IMG/VR virus record: IMGVR_UViG_3300037067_008462
Length of the DNA stretch: 64,000 bases
Strand: one strand, 5' to 3'
From: an uncultured virus (IMG/VR IMGVR_UViG_3300037067_008462)
Taxonomy: Duplodnaviria; Heunggongvirae; Uroviricota; Caudoviricetes
Position numbers and translations under genes: made by a program. This document shows positions 55,001-62,453 of the stretch, one piece after another. Below the pieces are notes generated by a model that saw only the letters and a program-made list of their open reading frames with translations, made no database searches and was not told the DNA's origin. Numbering within the stretch: the stretch's first letter is position 1; each line of letters begins with the position of its first letter.

Positions 55001-57391
55001 TCTCCTTTAAACGAAACAGTAATCAAAAGAAAACAAGAGCATTATAGTCAAAAACAACCTAACATAGATTCTTCAGATTGGCCCATTTATCATCATCTAA
55101 AAAATGAATCAGATCTTTGGCAATTAGCACACAACGATTTTCATAATTTTGGTGGAATAAACGTTAGACCTAACGAAATAAAAGCAGGAATGAATGAAAT
55201 CCTTTATCTTACACATGCTCCCCATTTGGTAAACTCAAATTTCGAACCAAGACCTGTTTCAATAATTATGAATCCGAATACAATAAAAAAGAAATCCGTT
55301 TGGATTCCCAAAGATAGTTACGAATACATAGAAGATCCGTTAGATTTTTCTAATAAATCAAAATTCAATAAAGAATCATTAAGACAAGATATGTATGGTG
55401 GTCCATTAAGAAAAGAACATCTACAGAGAATAGCCCAACGTTATCCAGATAAATTGAATCTATGGGCCACAAATGATCCAGAAAACAATCCTATCGAATG
55501 GTCAGATATAGACGAAGGACACATAACAAAAGATTTGAACACTAATGATGTGCTTGGTGTTATTCATAGGGTTCATCGTGGCAATGCCAGTCAAGGTGGT
55601 GTTGCTCAAATGAGAACCTCCGCAAAGCTTCTTTCTCGGAGAGGAATTCCATATTACATTATTAATGGTAGTTTTCTATCTGATAGATTAAGAAAAGAAG
55701 ATGTTGAAGATTTAGAGAGTTTGGGAGCAACATTTGTTAACGAAAAAGACGCTCACCAAATCGCTCGACAATTAACGAAACAATCAATAGGAAAATTGCA
55801 AAAAGCCGTTCCCGATCCTCTTTCTTCTACTCCTGTTGAGGAAATAGATACATCTGCTGAACATTTAGATCCTGAATTCAGAGAGATGATTTTAGAATTA
55901 ATAGATAGAGCGAAGAGAGAATTAGGATTGGATGTTTATATTCGTGAAGGATTTAGAAGTCGTAATAGACAACAATGGTTGAATGATCTCGTTAATGCTG
56001 TTGGATATGGATATGCTCCAAGCATTTATCTTGAAAATGGTCAGGTTGATTTGAGAGACATTGAATTTCCTCATGGTGCTGGACTTGCAGCGGATTTAGG
56101 AATTCGTAATCTTCCTGATGAACGAGAAGCACACCATACTCTTCACGCTCTATTTTATTCATTATTTAAGGATAAAGTTAATCCAGAAACACTCAAAGAT
56201 GATGAGAATCACTATGAAGCTTCAAAAGAATTCATTCAACAGAAGGAAAGAGATTTGAGTAACTCAAATGAATATACAAAGTTTGCATCTCGTTTCGAGA
56301 AAGCAAAAGTAGGAAGAAAAGGAAGATCGTTAGAAGAAACAGACTGGCCGTATTATGCGTTAGAACCCTGGAAGATTAATAAATATCCCAATACACCAGA
56401 AACTAAAAGCAAGATATGGAGAACGAACGCAGATAGATTAATGAGACATTTGTTAGAAAACAAATTTTCTCCTGAACAAATTGAAAAGATGTTTGGTGAA
56501 AAGAACGTTCATCAATCCTATAGGGATGCTTGGAAACAAGGATGGGGCGTGGATCTGAAATTGAATCAGAATAAAACAGGAGATTGGGAATATTCTTTCT
56601 CTCATCCAGCCAAAGGATTGAAACAAACATTTGGAGATGAACCTGAAAAACCGTCTGAAGGATTAGAGGCTTATGATTTTGATCTATCCAATCCTCCCAC
56701 CAATCCCGAAGCTCTATCTCACGAAGAACCTAACGCTAAAAAATATACAGATTATATTAATGAAACAATACAGATGATTGATAAACCCAAATTCAAAGGT
56801 TTCATGGGAGATGTTGAGCAGGCAGCAAGAACCTATGCTAAACCTCTGACTGATTTAGCAGGAGTAATAGGAGGAACCGCTAGTTACTTAAAGGATAAGA
56901 TGGGAATAGAAAGTACTCCACAAAATCAATCCGTTCTTGAAGAACCACAAGAGGAAACACCAAAGATTTCAAACCGATTTGATCCTACCGGTAATCAAAT
57001 AGAAAACAAAATAAGTCGTCAAATCGAAGAAAGCGAAAAAAGAGTTAAAGGTTACGAAGCTGCTCCTGGACTGCAAGTTCGTAAAAAAATTAATAAAATA
57101 GTTCCTCCAACCAAGACAAGAGGCGTTACTGAAAACGTAATAAATAAAAGAGAAAAAGAATTCGAGAAACGTTCGCCCGAAATGCTTTCGCGGATACAAG
57201 AGACAGCGGGTTTGATGCATAAAAAGAACGAAGCGAAAAAAGAAATTGTTTCAGCTATGAATGAAGAAATTGATCCTTCAAAGATACAGAAGGACGTTGA
57301 AGATCTTGCTGCTGGAAAGAAAGATCAAATAGGAATAGGTAAGGCTGCGTCTATTCGTTTTCTTTATAAAGCTCTTTATCGGGAAGATTAG
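52037..57391 (+). CDS. 1784-aa multidomain protein: four protein-kinase-like domains, a DUF5661-like domain, an unknown (ART-like?) domain and an M15-like peptidase
   Basis: Four repeats of GxxRxx[YF]..VIK..N..E..DxxxxN[FL]G..LD; GMEIEAEH...IALAH..E...YY; EGFRS..Q..PHGAGLAAD..NHYE. Confidence 0.8.
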   Translation: MPTGLVKNAADETKWKRAKRAAQKSTGKKSWALVNYIYQKMKKGVSDNIENDNAVAWTATGRLAKIFKPEKLNDYVESQTRGDIVGVSDNPVRLHPLIRDKIIQYLSQAKNVQGNIIRKKPEIFKVPHGTLSQNTLSKSVPISYIIKQINQEGGIDRLIKLGKLKHYNQGRYRDVYEWTNRRGEADPDKVIKIERRPQGANENEFSTWKKLQEIERTELVPKIYQRFQTPKGEDVIIAKKAEPFTLKTMPSESNALFRRLLPRDNKRSNFGIMKHGRVVKLDTSHDWADTINKGTPIKHIIRMIEKRGIGGLIENGTLEELGSGYSRNAYGYKGNPDVVIKHEPNPWPVSSNRREGMVYDALKRIGKTHLVPKIYANIQLPERQGDVLITKRAKPFKYSRSKELTSLMDDPNHLSTYKEIKKLMPFDNKDANFGTMGEGNKKRLVKLDTGDDPAHLIKQPSIFKAVPIAHIIRMINKEGISNLINNGTLEEIGSGGSRYVFKHKGNPHVVIKHEPEGNAFSSNAYETAIFKKLQQLGSESSFVPKVYTNQSIPKDKGGGTVLIAKRAIPYYDQYHSWTYSDPEEQAEDDRFSYEVDKIKNLLPADTSPQNFGIMGQDKHRRVVKLDTGNDRLDELNTKVKFKELKKRKEEFRSIFKAVPYKHILRMLAKYGIEGMRDKGWKIDSLVGGSYRKVFDLKIPGKEAPNVVIKMPRNPEDPTDWEANEEEAKAWKMLKPKEEQYLMAPVRGHEAPFLLMDKVIPLSKLVNVQSKILRRDPKYYKDYKKILERQPDDSAYRNLGVRKTKGETKQLVMLDANLFPTQYEWFQNKQDILKALSNKTVKESGDKINIDWKKYSIKQLKEGMEIEAEHGSTDPQTDVTHDDPVLTAKIALAHIKESPEYYKELKKMEKTLEKAKGFAPTGDPKDLFAGNKGRILSQNYTGDDRWNPNSMYEINKPGLPGRYTETEEPDSISKSINDISRTQNLFEGKSPLNETVIKRKQEHYSQKQPNIDSSDWPIYHHLKNESDLWQLAHNDFHNFGGINVRPNEIKAGMNEILYLTHAPHLVNSNFEPRPVSIIMNPNTIKKKSVWIPKDSYEYIEDPLDFSNKSKFNKESLRQDMYGGPLRKEHLQRIAQRYPDKLNLWATNDPENNPIEWSDIDEGHITKDLNTNDVLGVIHRVHRGNASQGGVAQMRTSAKLLSRRGIPYYIINGSFLSDRLRKEDVEDLESLGATFVNEKDAHQIARQLTKQSIGKLQKAVPDPLSSTPVEEIDTSAEHLDPEFREMILELIDRAKRELGLDVYIREGFRSRNRQQWLNDLVNAVGYGYAPSIYLENGQVDLRDIEFPHGAGLAADLGIRNLPDEREAHHTLHALFYSLFKDKVNPETLKDDENHYEASKEFIQQKERDLSNSNEYTKFASRFEKAKVGRKGRSLEETDWPYYALEPWKINKYPNTPETKSKIWRTNADRLMRHLLENKFSPEQIEKMFGEKNVHQSYRDAWKQGWGVDLKLNQNKTGDWEYSFSHPAKGLKQTFGDEPEKPSEGLEAYDFDLSNPPTNPEALSHEEPNAKKYTDYINETIQMIDKPKFKGFMGDVEQAARTYAKPLTDLAGVIGGTASYLKDKMGIESTPQNQSVLEEPQEETPKISNRFDPTGNQIENKISRQIEESEKRVKGYEAAPGLQVRKKINKIVPPTKTRGVTENVINKREKEFEKRSPEMLSRIQETAGLMHKKNEAKKEIVSAMNEEIDPSKIQKDVEDLAAGKKDQIGIGKAASIRFLYKALYRED

Positions 57392-58782
57392 AATACGGTT
57401 ATTCGATTATCGCTTATATGACCAACCGATAACATCAATGAACTAATAACATCATCTTTTGTTCCTCTATAAATATAGTTGTGTGATGTGGTTTCTTCAA
57501 TCCGATAGTTCGCTAACTCTTCTCTGATGCAACTTAAATCCCATAGAGCAATTTCTTCGTTAGCCAGTTTCATTTGAAGTTTTTCAATTAATTCAAATTT
57601 GTTAGAGTTTGTGAATTTGTGTCCATATATACAAAGACCGGTCACTCCGTATAGCTCCCTCATTCTTCGCTCTATCTCTTTTGGAATCCCGCTCCCTTCT
57701 CCTGTAGCATCTATATATATTTTAAGAATCCTTTGTTTATTCCAAAGACTATAAATAAACTTACAGATTCTTTCTATATTTAGATCATCACCCAGATGGT
57801 TCCATCGATCAAAACCAACCATTTTAAGATCATTAGTGAAGGCCGTACAAACATTAAAGTCGTACAGTCTTGCATAGTCTATTCCAATAGTTAGGTTCTC
57901 TGCCGGAGAAGGTATATAAAAATTCTTAGGGAAAAAAATGTCATTTGTAAAAGCGAAAACTTCACCCGAAACTGCATCAAACTCGCCCTCCCATTCTCGT
58001 TTAAAAAACGCCATACGGTAAGGTGTACCAATTTCTTCGGCTTCTTTCTTTTTTTCGTAATATTCGTTATGATCACTGAACGGATTATCTAATATATGAA
58101 GTTTAATAGCTTTTAATCTTGGTCTTTCATTAGTGGGATCTTCTTGGAACTTTGTTTCTGCATATTGATAACTTTCTTTAAACCAATTATCTCCACGTGG
58201 GCTTGAGATAGCTAATAGTCGTCCCATATGTTTTTTACGGTTAAGCGCAGGGCGTACTTGATAAAATGCACTGTCAGAAAGCATTGCGGCTTCATCAATT
58301 ACTACTAAATCGGCACTCATACCTACTAATGCATCCGGGTCGTTACCCGAAAGAACAACAAGTTCAGAACCTCTGCTGCCTACATTAGTTTTAATCGACA
58401 TATTCTGAACATTAAAGCTTCTACTTACTAGTTTCGATTTCAATAGTTCACTTTGAGAAAAACAATGCCAGATATTTTCGAATACATATTTACAGTGTTT
58501 ATATTGTTCTGCAACAACGAAAACTCTTCTGTTTGGCATTAATAATTCTTCTATCGCTCGAATTGCAGCTACATATGTTTTACCACTACCTCTAGAGGCA
58601 CATACATAAATTTCTTTCGCTGGACACATCAGGATTTCCATTTGTTTTGGAAATGGAAAAACATCTTCTCCTAAACTTTCCCATAAGGCTAGTCTGTTAT
58701 ATCCCAACCCTAATCCAACATCTCTATCTGTTAACGGTTTTTTATTTAAATATTGTAGGTAATAATCCTTATTCATCGTCAT
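57388..58782 (-). CDS. terL: Terminase large subunit
   Basis: Walker A SRGSGKT, Walker B VVIDEAA, ISSP motif III, RNase H-like GIDYAR..D, IDATG.G, DDVI. Confidence 0.93.
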   Translation of the reverse strand: MTMNKDYYLQYLNKKPLTDRDVGLGLGYNRLALWESLGEDVFPFPKQMEILMCPAKEIYVCASRGSGKTYVAAIRAIEELLMPNRRVFVVAEQYKHCKYVFENIWHCFSQSELLKSKLVSRSFNVQNMSIKTNVGSRGSELVVLSGNDPDALVGMSADLVVIDEAAMLSDSAFYQVRPALNRKKHMGRLLAISSPRGDNWFKESYQYAETKFQEDPTNERPRLKAIKLHILDNPFSDHNEYYEKKKEAEEIGTPYRMAFFKREWEGEFDAVSGEVFAFTNDIFFPKNFYIPSPAENLTIGIDYARLYDFNVCTAFTNDLKMVGFDRWNHLGDDLNIERICKFIYSLWNKQRILKIYIDATGEGSGIPKEIERRMRELYGVTGLCIYGHKFTNSNKFELIEKLQMKLANEEIALWDLSCIREELANYRIEETTSHNYIYRGTKDDVISSLMLSVGHISDNRITVF

Positions 58783-59482
58783 GAATTATATCTCCCAAAT
58801 TATCTATAAACTTATCTTCAGCTTCTTGATCTTCTTGAGTCTCTTCAATTATTTCTTCGTCAATAACCCCTTCCATATCATTTTCATTTAAATTTCTATA
58901 TTTCTTAATTAGATCTTCGTTAAAACTATCCTCATACTGAAGTTTTTGTCCCTTATCTCTTTTAATGAGGATTGTTTTGTCGTTTTTGTATCCATAAAGT
59001 TCAGACTGTCTTTCTTGAGCTTTTAATATGATTTGAAATCCTTTAATGAGTATGTTATGAAATTTCTCGATATCAAGATCGGCTATCTGAGTTTCTTCCC
59101 AATTTAACTGAGCGGGTTGAAGACCACTATTTAATTTTCTTACGGTTTCATTCCGAGTTCTTGATAACTTCTCCATCTCGGTCCAAAGTGTTTGTTCAAC
59201 TGCTTCGGATTTTTTTACCAAGATATGTCTTTGATCTACGTAGGCTTTAATATCGGCAGCAGACTTATCAATCCAAGCATTTGCCGCACGAATATAACCT
59301 AGAACCTTATTTCTACTCCAAAAGATCCCCGTCTCAGCTAATGCGTTTTTAATGTCAAGAACATCAGTAAATCCTTTACTCATAAGCTGAATCACTAAAT
59401 GAACATTGTTCATTATTTCTTCATTAGAAGGATTGCGATTTATCTTGTTTTTTACTGGTTCAATATTTGTTTCATTGTCCAT
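58769..59482 (-). CDS. Putative terminase small subunit
   Basis: Directly upstream of and overlapping terL; HTH-like N-terminus, helical body. Confidence 0.55.
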   Translation of the reverse strand: MDNETNIEPVKNKINRNPSNEEIMNNVHLVIQLMSKGFTDVLDIKNALAETGIFWSRNKVLGYIRAANAWIDKSAADIKAYVDQRHILVKKSEAVEQTLWTEMEKLSRTRNETVRKLNSGLQPAQLNWEETQIADLDIEKFHNILIKGFQIILKAQERQSELYGYKNDKTILIKRDKGQKLQYEDSFNEDLIKKYRNLNENDMEGVIDEEIIEETQEDQEAEDKFIDNLGDIIHDDE

Positions 59483-59543
59483 GACAATAGTTTAACCAAA
59501 AATTTGGATATATTAATTAGGACTACAATTATTTGGAGTAAAC

Positions 59544-61679
59544 TTGGCTAGATTCAATTTGTGGCAGATCTTTGATCTGGACTTTTGGAACAGAAAAAGA
59601 GAGCGAGAAGCAACCCGTATGGTTCGTCCTCCCGCTCGTTTGGTTAGTGTTGAATCCGAATATAGACCTTGGGATCGTGGAAAAGGACAGGAGATCCGTA
59701 GTGAGGTCTATTGGCAAATTCCATTCGTTCAGCAAAAGGCTCTATATCAAAGAAACGCTTGGGTTAAAAAATGTATAGACCACATGAGCGCCAATGCCGC
59801 TGGTTTAAAGTGGCAGATTTCAGTCGAAGAAGATCACCTTGAAAGTTTAGAGACAGATCCTCGATTGAAGATTGCATTAGAAATGGCGAAGCAATTTTTC
59901 AAACGTCCTAACACATTAAAAACAACTTTTTCAGAAATTATAAAAATGACAATTCGTGATTTAAAAATCATGGATGCTGCTGTTTGGGAAAAGATTAGAG
60001 ATACGAAAGGAAGGTTGGTAGGTATCAAGCCCTTCGATGCCGCCACGGTACGTATCGATATAGATGAACACGGAAAAATTCTACATTATTTTCAAGAACT
60101 AAAAGGAAGCAATCTTTACGGTTTATATGCTGGATCTCGACATCCATATTTACGAGAAGATGAACGCAATGAAGACGGTTTAATTCAATTTAAACCAGAT
60201 GATATTATTTATATCATGTTAAATCCGAGATCGGAAAGTCCTTACGGATCAAGTCCGATCTCTGCTCTAATCGAAGCCATTTATGCTGATTTGGCTACCG
60301 ATACAAACTTAGGAACGTTCCTTTTAACAGGAGGAATTAATCTAGGATTCTTGACTATCGGACAAGAACTAAATCCGGAAACCGTAGAAAGAATACGTTA
60401 TAAGTTCCGTGAATCGTTAGCTCCCGGAGAAAGATATAACTTCCCAATTATTTCTGCCACAGAAGATATCAAATGGAATAACATGCAGATGTCTAACCAA
60501 GAAGCTCAGATGGCAGAATTACAAGCAGAGCTTCGTAACAAAATTTTGGCAGTTCTATCTGTACCACCGAACGAACTTGGTCTGGTAGGAAACACTCGCG
60601 GTCAAGTTTATAGTCAGCAGGATGTATTCTGGGGCAACGCAATCATCCCCACAATGTTAACCATTGCGGAAAAAATCACCAATGAAATTCTTAGAGAATT
60701 CGATGAACGCCTCGTCTTTGAGTTTCTTCCTCCAAAAGAATATCAATATGAATCATTAATTGCAAGAATTGTTACATTAGAAAAAGAAGGTCTGATCGAC
60801 AGAAGAACTAAATATAAGTGGCTCGGACTTCCTATTCCGGAAGCTCTAACTTACGTTGAAGAAAAAAAGGAAATGGAGTTAGAACAAATGCGAATGGGTA
60901 TCGAAGCGCAACGTTTAGAATTGGAAGTTCAAAAACGTAACTTCGATGTCATACTGCAACAGCCCAGAGTTCAATACGATCAATCTGTAGCTCAAACCGT
61001 TCTACTTCAAGAACAAGCTGGACAATCTCAAGCCTCTCAAGCCTTACAAGAAAAACAAATGGCTCTTGAGGATAAACAACTTGAACTTCAGAAACAACAG
61101 TTACAACAGCAGGGTGACCTAGCAAACAAAGATTTCAAGATTCAACAAATTCAATTGGCAATGCAGTTAAGACAATTATCTCAAGAATATGAAATGATGA
61201 AGAACCAAGGAGCCGCACCACCACCGGTTCAAAACAATGAAATTATTAATGGTTTGATTTCTGGAAAATTGGACATATCTCAATTGTCAGATATGATTCA
61301 AAACGGACAGGTTGATTCCGAACAACTTCAACAAATTTCTGCTGCCAGCAAAGTAGCCAAAACTCTATCTCTTGCTAAATCAATAAAAGCTATAAACGGT
61401 ACAGTTCCACAATCAGCTACAGACGGAATAGAGTTTCAAAATAGTTTCGACCAACAAGAAAAGATAGAGTCGAAAGATCTCATGAATACTTCCACTCCCT
61501 CCGAAGCTCTATCCTCCGGAATTCCCGATACCATAAAATTAGGAAAAACAGATGGTGGAAAAGGATTCGTTTCTAATAAAATAAGAAGTATTTTAGGAAT
61601 GTTAAACAAACATGACGTAGGAATCGAGAACCCTCAACAAACAGAACAAAGATCCGTTGAGGGAATTCGACCCGTATAG
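59544..61679 (+). CDS. Portal protein with Q-rich C-terminal extension
   Basis: WVKKCID...PN....F, EKIRD..G, YGSSPI, VPPNELG motifs; TTG start with GGAG RBS. Confidence 0.9.
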   Translation: MARFNLWQIFDLDFWNRKREREATRMVRPPARLVSVESEYRPWDRGKGQEIRSEVYWQIPFVQQKALYQRNAWVKKCIDHMSANAAGLKWQISVEEDHLESLETDPRLKIALEMAKQFFKRPNTLKTTFSEIIKMTIRDLKIMDAAVWEKIRDTKGRLVGIKPFDAATVRIDIDEHGKILHYFQELKGSNLYGLYAGSRHPYLREDERNEDGLIQFKPDDIIYIMLNPRSESPYGSSPISALIEAIYADLATDTNLGTFLLTGGINLGFLTIGQELNPETVERIRYKFRESLAPGERYNFPIISATEDIKWNNMQMSNQEAQMAELQAELRNKILAVLSVPPNELGLVGNTRGQVYSQQDVFWGNAIIPTMLTIAEKITNEILREFDERLVFEFLPPKEYQYESLIARIVTLEKEGLIDRRTKYKWLGLPIPEALTYVEEKKEMELEQMRMGIEAQRLELEVQKRNFDVILQQPRVQYDQSVAQTVLLQEQAGQSQASQALQEKQMALEDKQLELQKQQLQQQGDLANKDFKIQQIQLAMQLRQLSQEYEMMKNQGAAPPPVQNNEIINGLISGKLDISQLSDMIQNGQVDSEQLQQISAASKVAKTLSLAKSIKAINGTVPQSATDGIEFQNSFDQQEKIESKDLMNTSTPSEALSSGIPDTIKLGKTDGGKGFVSNKIRSILGMLNKHDVGIENPQQTEQRSVEGIRPV

Positions 61680-61688
61680 GAGAAAAAC

Positions 61689-61862
61689 ATGGCCGATGAT
61701 TTTGACGCAAGATGGTGGAGACCAGATCTCCCTCCGGGTTGTACTAAGTACACAGTATTTAGATACCCCCTTGAGTTTGCAATGTCGATAGAAGAAGGAA
61801 CTGCTCTACCTTTAATGGGAGACCCTGAAAACGTTTCAAAGATAGATCCAGAGAATTCTTGA
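61689..61862 (+). CDS. Small hypothetical protein (not in the ORF track)
   Basis: AGGAG RBS; MADDFDARWWRPDLPP... Confidence 0.6.
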   Translation: MADDFDARWWRPDLPPGCTKYTVFRYPLEFAMSIEEGTALPLMGDPENVSKIDPENS

Positions 61863-61895
61863 TTTTAAATTTCATAAATTGGTTAGAATAATGAT

Positions 61896-62453
61896 ATGCT
61901 AAAAGACCGAGAAATATTGGATCATTTGCAAAATGCGAAGCATCCCAAATTCCATCGTTTTCTACATTTAATTAAAGAGACACGAGAACAAATGGGTGCG
62001 GATTCTTTTGATTATGAACAAGTTGTTCTAAAACTTGCTAGATTTTTAGCTGACATTTCAGATTGGAACGAAGCCAGTTGGCCCCCGGAAGAACTATTTC
62101 ATTATTTCGAAGGACATCACAAACCAGATATCGATAAGGCTACAGATTTTCTTGTAAAATATTTAAAAATGAATGATAAAGAAGATCGTAATAGTACTCA
62201 AATTATTAATGATACTTTAAATTATACAAATCCAAGTAAACCCGGTATGGCTGATGGATTCAGTGAAACGTCTAATAATGAGTGGAACGAAGGTCCAATG
62301 AACATTCATTATGATTTTGCGAGTTATGCAAATCGTCCGGATTCAACCATCTTTTTAGAAAATCGTCCTTGGGGTAATGATCCTGAGATGATCGAGCGAC
62401 TTCGCAAAAATGAATATTTTAATATGATTTTAAATCGTAAGGAACAAAAATGA
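61896..62453 (+). CDS. Hypothetical head-region protein
   Basis: 185-aa ORF after the portal. Confidence 0.7.
   Translation: MLKDREILDHLQNAKHPKFHRFLHLIKETREQMGADSFDYEQVVLKLARFLADISDWNEASWPPEELFHYFEGHHKPDIDKATDFLVKYLKMNDKEDRNSTQIINDTLNYTNPSKPGMADGFSETSNNEWNEGPMNIHYDFASYANRPDSTIFLENRPWGNDPEMIERLRKNEYFNMILNRKEQK

Noticed and set aside
1033..56630. Numerous minus-strand ORFs in the track
   Set aside because: They are shadows of better-supported + strand genes or RNAs and lack RBSs or motifs; only 57388-59482 is credible on the - strand
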